From IMG/VR virus record IMGVR_UViG_3300014204_000112, positions 1 through 64,000 of that record: DNA of 64,000 bases. One strand, given 5' to 3'. This DNA is from a virus. Lineage: Duplodnaviria; Caudoviricetes. This document shows, piece after piece, positions 51,429 through 61,879 of this stretch. Positions within the stretch are counted from its first letter, which is position 1, and each line of letters starts with the position of its first letter. The notes beneath the pieces are model-generated. The model did no database searches, was not told where the DNA came from, and worked only from the letters and a program-made list of their open reading frames with translations. Made by a program: the position numbers and the translations under genes.

Positions 51429-54400
51429 TTAGAAGGATGGAGTAAAACCCGTAGACTGCGAAGATAATTGTCCTCCAACTCGTGTGATCGTGATGCGGTT
51501 GATGAATTTGTGAATTCCTCTTGGGAAGTCAACCAGAATGTCAACGACTCCTGCATTGTTCTCCAGAACTTCAGTTCCGTTGTTGCTATCATCGAAGATA
51601 ACATCGTACCATGAAATTCCACGAGCGTCTTCAACTGCTGCAAGGTAATTCTTGACCATTGTTTTAACTCTCATTCTGGTCGTAACGTCGTTCCAATCAA
51701 ATAGGAAGTTAAGGAGGATACGTTCGATGTCCCTTTCAATCGTGATGAGGGCTTCTCTTACGTGAGTGTTGTTGAGGGCGGATTTTACTCTCTGGTAACC
51801 TGTGTTGTTCGAGAATACCATGACTCCGAATCCCCTACGTCTTACGATCAGGTTGAAACCTGCTGGTTCCAAGTAATCACGATCTTCGTTTATGAGATCG
51901 TATTCGATGCCGGTGATTTCAGGATCGGTTAAGATACCCCTCTTACCTGCAACGATTGAGAAGGTGTTTCCACTGGTGTATTTTTTCATGAATGTGTTTG
52001 CTACGAACATAGCTGGAGGAATGGACTTGTTCTTTCCATTCTCGTAGATGATGATGTTCGGCATGAAGTAGGAAACGTAAGAAGATAAAGGAATGCCGTT
52101 CTTTTCGCCAGTTGCGAATGAGAATAGGAATTCAGGATTCGAGTTCAAATCTCCACCAGTTGAAATTGACTGAGCGGAAACGAGGCGAGTTACTGGATCG
52201 ATGAATCTTGGGCTTACTGATCTTTCGTACTGAGCGAAGGAAGGAGCATTTGCAATCACCAATAATTTTCCATGATCTGCTGCGAGCTGAGCGAGTTGCT
52301 GTTTTGATCCAGGGTAAATCTGACCTTCGAAAGAGTCGATTAAGTACCTGAAGTCCAGAGTTTCTCCGTCTGCTAATGTTGAAGCTAAATTGCTACCATT
52401 GAACATGAAGTCCAGGATGGTGTTCTGCCTTTCAGCTGTGCCGTTAGGATAGAGATTGAAATCGTCAAGGTTCATTGCTGGAATGCTGTAACCTGCGATT
52501 GAGGTAACGAAATTCTTGATTCCCTTATAAGCGCGAATCGTAGTTCCGTCGAAATTGATTCCACTGTTGTTCACATCGATCGGAGCTGCAGTTTTTACCG
52601 TGTATTTGAGAACGGTTACTGCTGAGCTTGATGGGCCGTAGCCGGTGATTGATACTTTTTGTGCATAGACTGACGTGATGCGTAGCATACGACCACGTTC
52701 TGTTCCTGCTACAACTTCGGCTTTCAGGTATTGACCAACTTTGAAGAAGTTATCAATTTCTGCCCTACGTGTTGAATTGTAAGGATAACCGGCTGCAGTG
52801 TTAGGTGTTTCGTTCTTGTTCGGGTTACCGTATAGGGTAGGATCGATGTAGAACGTGATCTGATTAGGAGCAGTGTATGTGTACTGATAGTCTCCGTCTA
52901 TGAAGTAGTCGGTGTCAGTAAGATCGAAATCTTTCTTGTAGGTTGCCGAGGTTGCATTGACCATCCATAGGAAGTCGTCTCCTGCGTCCGTGATGGACTG
53001 AGCTGATACCTGGTTTAGTCGAGTAATATCGGAAAATACGTTGAATGTGATGTACTTCACTGAGCCGTTTAGTTTTACTGCTCCGTCTGATGCAATATAA
53101 AGAGAAGTAGGGGTCAAACTAGGACCGCCAGCGTATTTCAGGTAGTCTCCATTCTTTACGAATCCATTGAACCATGCATTGTAAAGCTTGCTGTTTTCGG
53201 TAGCAACTATCGTGTTAGGAGTAACTGCTGTGTTGATGTAAACTTCTCCAGCGATATACGTAGGAACGTAAGTCGATAGGAGGAAGTAGAAGTTAGAGTC
53301 GAGAGGTTTCTTGTAGCTGAGAACGTCGATGAGACCTACTGGCTCGGTGCCGGTAATACCGTCATCAACCACGTAAGCAGTTTTAGTTCCATTGTACAGG
53401 TTGAGATCATCAATACCGTATCCGACTAGGTCGAGACGCTGTTCTTCCATTGGCTCAGTTGCGGATCCGCTGTCGAACGTAGAGTTCGAAAGGTCGATTA
53501 TGTCAACTTTCTTGTAGTCAATAGCGCAGTAAACTCCGGTAGTTGGGAAGTTACGGTTGAAAACTGTGTCCAGAGCAACGATTGTTCCAGTAAGATCCCT
53601 GAATCCAGGAATGATGCATCCCTGAGTTTTTGCGATTAGGGTAACTTCTTTAAGTGCTGTGAAATCGTTGATCTTCGAATTGATGAGACCAGTTGACGTA
53701 AAGTATTGCTTGTAAACAGGGTCGCTTGCAAGTTTTAGATTGTCTGTCCAGTTTCCTTCGACTACGATAAGTTCGACGAAATAATCCTGAACGATGTCAT
53801 CTGGATTGAGGTATTCTGGAACTTCTGTTTTATCTCCGAGGAGAGCGAAGTATTCCTTAACCGTAATATCATAACCGGTAACATCAGCGACTCTTACGAA
53901 TGCTGTGATTTCTTTGCAGGAAAGGTTAACAACGGTTAAAATCTTATTGGAATCGCGATCGGCCGTGCCGTACTGACTAGGATTGTAAATGTAATCATCA
54001 CCCAATTTGATATTCTTCCATTTATTGACCATATCAACGTCAGCGAACCAAAGTTTCTGAACGTTATAGAAGTTGGACATGCTGCTCTGGTTGATATTCT
54101 CTGCCCATAGAGAGTTGGTCGAAGCAGGTTCAGAGTTGAACGTTCTGAAGTACGCTAGATCAGTTGAGGAAACCGGTAGAATGTTCAGACCAAAAACAGG
54201 ACCTTGTCTCAAAGCAACGTCGAGTGTTCTGTGGAAGTAACTTCCGTTTTTCTCTAGCTTGCTGTCGGTGTCCCCGTATACGGCCTGTAGAGTTTTGCTA
54301 TCCTGAATCAGTGCGACTGAATTGATAGGGCCTTTTTTGCTGGAACCTATTACAAGTCTGCCAGTGGAAATAGGAAGGGCAAGATTTTGGCTTTCATCTA

Positions 54401-54458
54401 TTTCTATCGTGTATACGCCACTTGACTTGAACCTGTTCAGATTTAATTTTTCTGCCAT
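51429..54458 (-). CDS. Contractile tail sheath protein (gp18-like)
   Basis: SSGVYTIEIDES..LVIGSSKKGPIN; C-terminal SALNNTHVREAL..ERDIE..FLFDWND. Confidence 0.92.
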   Translation of the reverse strand: MAEKLNLNRFKSSGVYTIEIDESQNLALPISTGRLVIGSSKKGPINSVALIQDSKTLQAVYGDTDSKLEKNGSYFHRTLDVALRQGPVFGLNILPVSSTDLAYFRTFNSEPASTNSLWAENINQSSMSNFYNVQKLWFADVDMVNKWKNIKLGDDYIYNPSQYGTADRDSNKILTVVNLSCKEITAFVRVADVTGYDITVKEYFALLGDKTEVPEYLNPDDIVQDYFVELIVVEGNWTDNLKLASDPVYKQYFTSTGLINSKINDFTALKEVTLIAKTQGCIIPGFRDLTGTIVALDTVFNRNFPTTGVYCAIDYKKVDIIDLSNSTFDSGSATEPMEEQRLDLVGYGIDDLNLYNGTKTAYVVDDGITGTEPVGLIDVLSYKKPLDSNFYFLLSTYVPTYIAGEVYINTAVTPNTIVATENSKLYNAWFNGFVKNGDYLKYAGGPSLTPTSLYIASDGAVKLNGSVKYITFNVFSDITRLNQVSAQSITDAGDDFLWMVNATSATYKKDFDLTDTDYFIDGDYQYTYTAPNQITFYIDPTLYGNPNKNETPNTAAGYPYNSTRRAEIDNFFKVGQYLKAEVVAGTERGRMLRITSVYAQKVSITGYGPSSSAVTVLKYTVKTAAPIDVNNSGINFDGTTIRAYKGIKNFVTSIAGYSIPAMNLDDFNLYPNGTAERQNTILDFMFNGSNLASTLADGETLDFRYLIDSFEGQIYPGSKQQLAQLAADHGKLLVIANAPSFAQYERSVSPRFIDPVTRLVSAQSISTGGDLNSNPEFLFSFATGEKNGIPLSSYVSYFMPNIIIYENGKNKSIPPAMFVANTFMKKYTSGNTFSIVAGKRGILTDPEITGIEYDLINEDRDYLEPAGFNLIVRRRGFGVMVFSNNTGYQRVKSALNNTHVREALITIERDIERILLNFLFDWNDVTTRMRVKTMVKNYLAAVEDARGISWYDVIFDDSNNGTEVLENNAGVVDILVDFPRGIHKFINRITITRVGGQLSSQSTGFTPSF

Positions 54459-54481
54459 CGCGTGCTATTGTTATTTTGAGT

Positions 54482-54552
54482 TATTTATTTATCATTCCGT
54501 TCCCAAAACCGACTTCTGTCGAATTGGGCATATCATAACTGGAATTATTTAT
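54482..54552 (-). promoter_or_regulatory. Multiple late promoters (ATAAATA x3) for the tail sheath
   Basis: TATTTAT on the + strand at 54482, 54486 and 54546. Confidence 0.65.
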
Positions 54553-54574
54553 CAAATGCTATCATGCTAAACCT

Positions 54575-54600
54575 AAACCGTCTCATTATTTTTGATACAA
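54575..54600 (+). promoter_or_regulatory. Early/middle promoter AAAC-N16-ATACAA
   Basis: Motif copy upstream of the dUTPase gene. Confidence 0.6.
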
Positions 54601-54616
54601 TATAGAACTATAAAAA

Positions 54617-55138
54617 ATGGTGAACTATATGCAAACAAAGATGAAATTCATAAAGATCCGTGATGTCAAAACTCCAGCATACGGTACGGTCGGCTCGGCC
54701 GGAATCGATTTCTTCGTTCCAGAGGATTTTCGAGAGCAGAGATTACATCCAGGCGATGATATTCTCATTCCGAGCGGAATAAAAGCTAACGTCCCGGATG
54801 GATACGCTCTCATTGCACATAACAAGAGCGGTATCGCAACTAAAAAGAGGCTTCAGGTTGGAGCATGCGTCGTGGACAGCGATTACCAGGGAGAAATCCA
54901 CATTCACGTGTTCAATTCGAGGTCGAATGGATTGGTTGAAATTGCTCCAGGAATGAAGCTCGTGCAGTTCCTTCTTATCCCAGTAGCTAGCGCAGAACTG
55001 ATCGAATGCAAGGAACTTGAAGAAGTATTCCCAGTGGAGACTGACAGAGGCCCTGGTGGTTTCGGGTCAACCAATGCAATAGAAGCTAGCTACTCGCTAA
55101 CAAAATTGGGTCTCTTTTATGAAAACGAAACTCACTAG
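54617..55138 (+). CDS. dut: Trimeric dUTPase
   Basis: SAGIDF, KSGIA, VVDSDYQGEI and RGPGGFGST. Confidence 0.95.
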   Translation: MVNYMQTKMKFIKIRDVKTPAYGTVGSAGIDFFVPEDFREQRLHPGDDILIPSGIKANVPDGYALIAHNKSGIATKKRLQVGACVVDSDYQGEIHIHVFNSRSNGLVEIAPGMKLVQFLLIPVASAELIECKELEEVFPVETDRGPGGFGSTNAIEASYSLTKLGLFYENETH

Positions 55139-55397
55139 AGAAGATGTTCTGAATTGGTGGTTGCAAAAGTATCATAACACCACAGTTGAAGAGTTAGTCA
55201 AGACCCTTTCGGACGATGTAAAGAATTCAGCCGATTGGTTCAAGCTTTACCCAGTAACTCAGGAACAGCATGATGAATGGTACACGTGGGTAGTCGATGC
55301 ACTAACAAAGGAACGCCGCATGTCAAAGACATACATCATCAAGCATTTCGCTTTAGATTATCTCAATTGCGCTCCGTACATTGAACAAAACAAGTAA
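55119..55397 (+). CDS. Hypothetical protein
   Basis: 92-aa ORF in the operon. Confidence 0.7.
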   Translation: MKTKLTREDVLNWWLQKYHNTTVEELVKTLSDDVKNSADWFKLYPVTQEQHDEWYTWVVDALTKERRMSKTYIIKHFALDYLNCAPYIEQNK

Positions 55398-55403
55398 CTG
55401 AAT

Positions 55404-56789
55404 ATGATAATAAGCACAGAATTTAACGTAGATGAGTCCGCTCTAGTCGTTTCGTATTATGACGAGCAAGGAAAGATTGCATTCATCAAAAAACCGATTC
55501 CACAAACGGACCTTTTCAACTGGACCGTCACTGCAAATCCAACTGAATTCAGGAATTGGGACAATAAGTTTTTACGCAAATCTCCAAGCAAATGGTTGAG
55601 TCGCTTTCGATTGGAAGAATTGACTCAAGCTCGATTAAACCAAGCAGAACTCGACAGGATCTATTCAGACTTCAGCCCGAAGAAGTTCTACCTTGACATC
55701 GAAATAAAGCTGGAATCTCAGGAGTTTCCTGATCCAGCAAAAGCATTGATGGAAGTCAACATGATAACCTTCGTGAACGAGGAAAACATCGTTTTCACGA
55801 TGTCGACCATGGACAATTTCGATCCAGAAACGGTTCAACTTCTGGAAGCGGAGGTCAATGAGTACCTCAAGTCATGTGGGCAAACGTTCGTTGTCAAGTA
55901 CATGTTCTTCCAAACGGAACGAGAACTTCTAGAAGCATTCTTTTACAAAGCTCTTCCAAAAATATCGTTCCTTACTGGTTGGAACTTCATTGGCTTTGAC
56001 TGGTTGTATCTCATGAATCGGGCAAAACGATTGGAAATGGATCCAATGCGTTTCATGGCTTGCAACAAACTGATCGGCCAGGCAAAACTGCCGATTCACC
56101 TTGGCCTTCTCGACTACATGGAAGTATTCAAGAACATCAAGCCGTTCAAGGTCGTTGAAAATTACAAGCTCGATTACATTGCCTACATGGTTCTAGGCAT
56201 CACGAAATTGCACAACGAATATAGGTCAATGCTCGAAGCTCAGGGAGACACTTTCAATTTCGCAAAGTACAACATCATCGATACTTGCCTAGTCAAGTTA
56301 ATTGACGATAAGACTGGATTATTGGAAGTAGCTTTCGCTATTTCAAAATTCGCTAGGGTCGACGTGTCGAAAATATTCAGCTCCGTATTCATTACTGAAA
56401 CTATGATGTGCCGCGAATTCTTGGAAAGAGGTCGATTCATGTCGAACGATAAACGAGAGCTCGATGAGGAAGCAACGTACGACGGAGCATACATCATGAA
56501 ACCGATTCCCGGATATTACAAGTACGTAATGCTCAATGACTTCGCTTCGATGTACCCGAACCTCACGATTCAGTTCAACATGTCTCCGGACGCTTACATG
56601 GGCAAGATGAAACCAGACATGGAAATTCCGGCTCACATGATATTCACAAAGAACGATACGTTATTCGCCAATACGTTCGACTCAGCAGCTAGAACGATTC
56701 TTACTCGAATGTACAATGGTCGAGTTGAAACAAAAGCAGAAAAGGAAAAGCTTGAGGAGCAATTGGAACGTGAAAAAGTGTCTGCATAA
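55404..56789 (+). CDS. Family B DNA polymerase, N-terminal subunit (exonuclease + motif A) of a split enzyme
   Basis: YLDIE, GWNFIGFDW, YKLDYIA, YNIIDT and DFASMYPN; ends in the fingers before KxxxNSxYG and YGDTDS. Confidence 0.88.
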   Translation: MIISTEFNVDESALVVSYYDEQGKIAFIKKPIPQTDLFNWTVTANPTEFRNWDNKFLRKSPSKWLSRFRLEELTQARLNQAELDRIYSDFSPKKFYLDIEIKLESQEFPDPAKALMEVNMITFVNEENIVFTMSTMDNFDPETVQLLEAEVNEYLKSCGQTFVVKYMFFQTERELLEAFFYKALPKISFLTGWNFIGFDWLYLMNRAKRLEMDPMRFMACNKLIGQAKLPIHLGLLDYMEVFKNIKPFKVVENYKLDYIAYMVLGITKLHNEYRSMLEAQGDTFNFAKYNIIDTCLVKLIDDKTGLLEVAFAISKFARVDVSKIFSSVFITETMMCREFLERGRFMSNDKRELDEEATYDGAYIMKPIPGYYKYVMLNDFASMYPNLTIQFNMSPDAYMGKMKPDMEIPAHMIFTKNDTLFANTFDSAARTILTRMYNGRVETKAEKEKLEEQLEREKVSA

Positions 56790-56814
56790 CATAGGAAAAA
56801 AATTAAACAATCTA

Positions 56815-57498
56815 ATGGCAGGATTCGATATTGACGAACTGATGTCCGTTAAGAACAGTTATCAATCGCAGAAATTTCAATGGGTAAAAACCAATGACCA
56901 AAAAAAGTTAGGGACGGTAGTCACAGTAAACGATGTCATTCCTGGTAAACGTCTAAACACGATAAACGGACCGATGCAGAGGTACAATGCTATCCTGTCA
57001 GACGGTACCAGCTTGGATACGGAAGACCTTACCAGTAGGCTAATGATGCTGCTGGATGATCAACCGCCAATGACCATCCTAGAACTTCTTTCGATAAATC
57101 TGGATGCAGGAGTCAACACTGAAGAGATCAAAGCAGCTCTTCCTGCAGACCTAAAGGAATTGTCAACACTTAAGCCTTCTGCTCCTCAACTGAATCAGGG
57201 AGCTCCAGGACATGACGATTCTAAGTTCGGACCAGGAAGAAACATGGGGCCGGCGGTCAACTCAAAGGATATTTTTGGGCTATTCTCAGTAGAGGAAACT
57301 AACCTCAATCTAAGCATTTTGGTAAAAATGCCTTCTAAACCTCTTCTCAAGATTATGTATTCGAATGCTCAGGACAAGGAACAGTTCCTAAATCAGCTGT
57401 CCGTGTATATAAATAATAGCATAACACAAATGGCCATCCACGATTCAGTAAAACGAATGTTTGGCCTGGACAAAAATAAAAAAGCTGATGACCAATAA
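56815..57498 (+). CDS. Hypothetical protein
   Basis: ATG 56815 preferred because it avoids overlap with polB. Confidence 0.7.
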   Translation: MAGFDIDELMSVKNSYQSQKFQWVKTNDQKKLGTVVTVNDVIPGKRLNTINGPMQRYNAILSDGTSLDTEDLTSRLMMLLDDQPPMTILELLSINLDAGVNTEEIKAALPADLKELSTLKPSAPQLNQGAPGHDDSKFGPGRNMGPAVNSKDIFGLFSVEETNLNLSILVKMPSKPLLKIMYSNAQDKEQFLNQLSVYINNSITQMAIHDSVKRMFGLDKNKKADDQ

Positions 57499-58093
57499 TC
57501 GTAATCCGCTAACTCCGGCACAAATCATTAAGTCAGTTTCTCCATTGGGGAGCGGTAAGTTCAATCTCATTTCGATGACTCGTGATTCCGACAGGGCGGA
57601 GAAAATTTCATCACCTGAAAATTACATTCTTATCCTTCCATTCGAAAGAACGGACGATGATAAGATCAAAGCTATTTACGGAGTGAAGTTCGAAAATCCG
57701 GCAACCGGACAGCCGGACGTAAGTCTGCTGACGGACGTCATCGATTTCGAAAAGGACACCACTTCTTTCGATTCAGTAGGACGAGCTCTTCTCGAAGAAG
57801 CTGGTCTGAACATCGAAGATGCTGGCCTGAACGAGGACGACATTTTTTACATTGGTACGATGACAACTTCCGAACCCGCCATAGCCAAGTTCAAGTGCTA
57901 TGCTATCGATCTAACGAAAATCAGCAAGCCAAACGAATCCATACAATTCACGCGCAACCTGTCAAAATCCGCTTTCACCAAGGACGATTCATCAGAAATC
58001 GTAAAAATCGGATTTCACGAAATCGTTAACGGCGATTATTCGGATGCATCAATTTTAGCCGGATCCTTCCTTTTAGTTTCGTATTTTCAATGA
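57488..58093 (+). CDS. Nudix-fold hydrolase-like protein
   Basis: Partial Nudix box GRALLEEAGL; TATAAATA at 57408-57415 upstream. Confidence 0.55.
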   Translation: MTNNRNPLTPAQIIKSVSPLGSGKFNLISMTRDSDRAEKISSPENYILILPFERTDDDKIKAIYGVKFENPATGQPDVSLLTDVIDFEKDTTSFDSVGRALLEEAGLNIEDAGLNEDDIFYIGTMTTSEPAIAKFKCYAIDLTKISKPNESIQFTRNLSKSAFTKDDSSEIVKIGFHEIVNGDYSDASILAGSFLLVSYFQ

Positions 58094-58118
58094 AACTAGG
58101 TTAGCCTTTTGTGTACAA
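58093..58118 (+). promoter_or_regulatory. Early/middle promoter AAAC-N16-GTACAA
   Basis: Motif copy upstream of the recombinase gene. Confidence 0.65.
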
Positions 58119-58146
58119 GAGAATACATAAAACTAACCAATTTTAC

Positions 58147-59340
58147 ATGGCAAAATCCCCTTTAGAAGCGTTTGCGAAGTTCAATGATCTTCTCGAAAAA
58201 CGCGTGAAAGCAACAGTTGAATTAAAGGGATTCGCGGATATTAGCGAGTACATCTCAACCGGAAATTACCTCCTTAACGCCCAACTTTCGGGCTCATTGT
58301 TCGGAGGATTCCCAAACACAAGAAGCATTGGAATCGCAGGCGATCCTGGTTCTGGAAAAACTTTCCTCTGCATGAATGCAGTGCGCGAGTTACAGAACAT
58401 GGGGTACTTCGTGTTTTATATTGACACAGAAGGCGCAATCGATTCCATTGACTTCCCAAAATTCGGAGCAAATCTCGACCAGCTCAAGTACTACAGGATG
58501 AAGCTGATCACGGACGTGAAGTTCTTCGTTGACGGTCTTGTCAAGCAGAAGAAAGAAAGTTCTGAACTTAAGATCGCTCTGTTCGTTGACTCCATCGGTC
58601 TGCTCAATTCTGACAAGGAAGTCGGAGACTTCGAAAAAGGAAAGAGTGTATCGGATATGGGTCTCAAAGCAAAGGACCTTCGTGCAATGTTCAGATCGTT
58701 CACACTCGATCTTTCTAATGAAAGAATTCCATTCATCTTCACGAACCACACGTACAGTGGAACTGACGTTTATTCTGGAAAAACTCCAGGCGGTGGTGGC
58801 GGTCCAGAATTCGCAGCATCAATCATTCTCATGCTCAGCAAGGGAACGTTGAAAGACGAAAACAAAACTGCAACCGGAATCATCGTCAGGTCGAGGACTC
58901 GTAAGAATCGTCTCGCTCGTCCGATTGAAATCGAATTCCACATCTCTCATCAGAAGGGCATGAACCCTTACGTCGGCCTTCAGGACTACATTAGCTGGGA
59001 AGCTTGCGGAGTCGGTCGTGGAAAGAAGCTTACCGAGAAGGAATTTTCGAAGCTGAAACCAGATGACCAGAGTGATTGTGTACAATTCGAGGTCGGAGGT
59101 GGTACGTTCTATTTCAAGCCTGGTAAGTTAGCTCAGAACTACATCCTGCGTCACAACGGTGATGAAGTTCCAGTCAAGCAGTTCTTTACTTCTAGATTGT
59201 TCACTGACACCGTCCTGCACGAGCTCGACAAAAGGGTTATCAAGCCTACGTTCAAGTATCCAGAAACAATTGACGCTCTCATGGAAGAAGAGAGCGAAGA
59301 GATCTTAGCCGACGAAAAAGAAGTCGGCGATGAACTTTAA
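58147..59340 (+). CDS. uvsX: RecA-family recombinase (UvsX-like)
   Basis: ISTGNYLLN, GDPGSGKT, YIDTE, FVDSIG and FTNHTY. Confidence 0.92.
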   Translation: MAKSPLEAFAKFNDLLEKRVKATVELKGFADISEYISTGNYLLNAQLSGSLFGGFPNTRSIGIAGDPGSGKTFLCMNAVRELQNMGYFVFYIDTEGAIDSIDFPKFGANLDQLKYYRMKLITDVKFFVDGLVKQKKESSELKIALFVDSIGLLNSDKEVGDFEKGKSVSDMGLKAKDLRAMFRSFTLDLSNERIPFIFTNHTYSGTDVYSGKTPGGGGGPEFAASIILMLSKGTLKDENKTATGIIVRSRTRKNRLARPIEIEFHISHQKGMNPYVGLQDYISWEACGVGRGKKLTEKEFSKLKPDDQSDCVQFEVGGGTFYFKPGKLAQNYILRHNGDEVPVKQFFTSRLFTDTVLHELDKRVIKPTFKYPETIDALMEEESEEILADEKEVGDEL

Positions 59341-59668
59341 CATCCAGCCAACGCTTCCGATAAAGTACGCAATGAAGGTTCATCAAGCATTGCCGAACTA
59401 TCCTACGCACCAAGATTTCATGTTTGAAATCATTTCCTATATCGTTAGGGTCACCGAACAGAAAGAAAAGGATTGGGACCCTAACGATATAAAATTCTCA
59501 GCGAAAACTCTCAAGTACATTTTTGGAGACAATGTTAAATCTGAAGAGTTCCTTGATCGTATAAAAACAATACTCAAGGATCTCATTGAATCTGGAGCAT
59601 TGGCAAAGAGAGGAGAATTCATTTTCATAAGTGCTGATGAGTTCTCCAAGTACTACTCAATAAGTTAA
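59330..59668 (+). CDS. Hypothetical protein
   Basis: 112-aa ORF between the recombinase and helicase genes. Confidence 0.7.
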   Translation: MNFNIQPTLPIKYAMKVHQALPNYPTHQDFMFEIISYIVRVTEQKEKDWDPNDIKFSAKTLKYIFGDNVKSEEFLDRIKTILKDLIESGALAKRGEFIFISADEFSKYYSIS

Positions 59669-59677
59669 TTTACGAAT

Positions 59678-61207
59678 ATGGTAATAGATTTTAAGGAAAA
59701 TATCGAACTCTTAGAGAAATTGATATTCAATTTTGTCTTAACTGAGGACGATAATGATGTTGTCATCAAGCCGAAGAGTTACGAGACTCTTGACAAGCGT
59801 GAAATATTGCCGATGATAAAGGCACACTATTTCAACGACGATACGTTACAACGTCTTTATCGTGAAGCGAAGAAGTTCTTTCTCGAATACAAGAAAATTC
59901 CGACTAAGAACGAAATTCGTCAACTGGCAAATCTCGCCAACCTCGACATCCCAGATGATAAGTTCGATAAGATCTTCGCCATCAACCTAAAGGATCACAC
60001 ATACGAATTCCTTTACAAGTACACAAAGGCTTTCGTATTCTACAAGAACCTGAATGAAGTGGTCATAGACACTCTCTCATGGTTAAAGACAACCGAGATA
60101 AATCCAGACAATGTCGAACTAATAACGAACGATGTTAGATCAAAGTTCAACGAAAAACTAAATCTATCTTTCACTAGTTCCGAATCCGGTCTTAGCTTCT
60201 TTAATCCAAAGGATCACATTCAGCTTTCGAAAGTTGGAACGCCTACTGGTTTCAGATTCTTCGATAAAGTTCTTGATGGTGGATGGAACCCAAAGACCCT
60301 CGTAGTTTTCCAGGGTCGTCCAAAAGTAGGAAAGTCAATGGTGCTTTCCAACATTGCAGCTAGAGCATTCCTTCATGGCAATGATATTGGTATTGCAACG
60401 CTAGAGCTTTCTGATCGAAAGTACATGAAGAGGCTCGGTGCGCAGATCCTTAACATGACGATGAAGGAATACGATACGATCCTTCGAGAAGAAGACTTGA
60501 ACGGAATCATCGAGAGATTGAATCAGCTTCGAGAAACGGTTCCGAATTTGGGGAACCTCGAAGTAAAGGAATTCGGAGCAGGTACAGCATCAGCTATCGA
60601 CATCGAAAATTACTTCCTTAAGGTTCAACAGAGAACTGGTATTAAGTTTAAAGTAATCGTCGTTGACTACGTTAACTTAATGAGACCGCTTCGCGACCGT
60701 GGAGACAGTTACGGTAACATCAAGTCAATCACCGAGGAATTACGCGCAGTAGCAATGCGTAACGAATGGTGCATCATTTCTGCTACTCAGATCAAGAGGG
60801 ATGCAGTCGACGATCAGGACTTGAACATGTCCGACGTTGCTGAATCTTTCGGTCTCGTTCATACGGTCGACTCATTATTCGGATTGACTCGTGGACCAAT
60901 GGAAAGTAGGATGAAAGTCAAACTAATAGCTAACCGAGACGGAGGATACAATGAGAGTTTCAAGATGTTCAGGCTCAATTACGAGTACGCAAAAATGATA
61001 GAGGAAACGGATCCAGCTTCCGAATTCTATTCAGACGATGATGACACGCAGTCTCTGGAAAATCAAATGAGAAATCAATACCATACAGTTCAAACTACCG
61101 AACCGCCGAACATCGATTTTTCGAGTGATCTTCCTCAACTGCCGCCACCAATAAAACCAAATAAGCAATTAGAATCGCATGATGATATTCTCGATTCTAT
61201 AAAATAA
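59678..61207 (+). CDS. DnaB-family replicative helicase (gp41-like)
   Basis: GRPKVGKS, TLELS, VVDYVNLM, SATQIKR and AESFG. Confidence 0.93.
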   Translation: MVIDFKENIELLEKLIFNFVLTEDDNDVVIKPKSYETLDKREILPMIKAHYFNDDTLQRLYREAKKFFLEYKKIPTKNEIRQLANLANLDIPDDKFDKIFAINLKDHTYEFLYKYTKAFVFYKNLNEVVIDTLSWLKTTEINPDNVELITNDVRSKFNEKLNLSFTSSESGLSFFNPKDHIQLSKVGTPTGFRFFDKVLDGGWNPKTLVVFQGRPKVGKSMVLSNIAARAFLHGNDIGIATLELSDRKYMKRLGAQILNMTMKEYDTILREEDLNGIIERLNQLRETVPNLGNLEVKEFGAGTASAIDIENYFLKVQQRTGIKFKVIVVDYVNLMRPLRDRGDSYGNIKSITEELRAVAMRNEWCIISATQIKRDAVDDQDLNMSDVAESFGLVHTVDSLFGLTRGPMESRMKVKLIANRDGGYNESFKMFRLNYEYAKMIEETDPASEFYSDDDDTQSLENQMRNQYHTVQTTEPPNIDFSSDLPQLPPPIKPNKQLESHDDILDSIK

Positions 61208-61216
61208 TGAAACCCT

Positions 61217-61879
61217 TTGAAAAAAGATAAAGATGAAGACATTTTCGAAGAACCAGAAGATGACCTAACCGATTCCGTAATGGAACTAGAAGGTCCGTCG
61301 TTTTTGGACCCTGAAGATCTTGAAGAGGAACAAATAGACGAAGAAGCTGAAGAAACCGAAAGGCGAAGGGTCGCGTACTCTGCATTGAAGAAGAATGATA
61401 AGATCTTCAACAATTCGTACACGATGGGCCATCCTACTGGTGAAGAGCCTGAAGAAACAAGAGCTCACACCGAAATCAGAATAGATCCAGGTTCTCCGGA
61501 CTATCAGCTTTATGATAGGGATCAGCATTCAGATTTCGTCGACAATTCAATAACCCAGATTGACATACACGAATTCGTTTCGAATTCTACCGAAGTAAAG
61601 GAAATACTTGGAGACGATCCAGACAAAAAGAAGTTCGGAAAGGCCGAAGTCAATTTACTGTTCGAGAAAATTCTAGCTGGAGTAAGAGTCGGAAAGCATG
61701 CAAGTTCTTTTGTGAATCCTGTGCATGTCTTCGATTCCATTTCATCCCTAACTGGCTTAGAGTACAAGAAACTTTTCGACATGCTGAAATACGAGAACAA
61801 GGAAATTTTGCTTCTCGAACTAGACGGCAAGTATCACATTTTGGATAAGTCATCTAAAGAATTCAGAATCTACGAATAA
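61217..61879 (+). CDS. Acidic hypothetical protein
   Basis: 220-aa ORF; TTG start uncertain. Confidence 0.65.
   Translation: MKKDKDEDIFEEPEDDLTDSVMELEGPSFLDPEDLEEEQIDEEAEETERRRVAYSALKKNDKIFNNSYTMGHPTGEEPEETRAHTEIRIDPGSPDYQLYDRDQHSDFVDNSITQIDIHEFVSNSTEVKEILGDDPDKKKFGKAEVNLLFEKILAGVRVGKHASSFVNPVHVFDSISSLTGLEYKKLFDMLKYENKEILLLELDGKYHILDKSSKEFRIYE

Noticed and set aside
61207-61230. Programmed frameshift from ATG 61207 into the 61217 ORF
   Set aside because: A TTG start explains the ORF, other TTG starts occur in the window, and no clear stimulatory signal is present.
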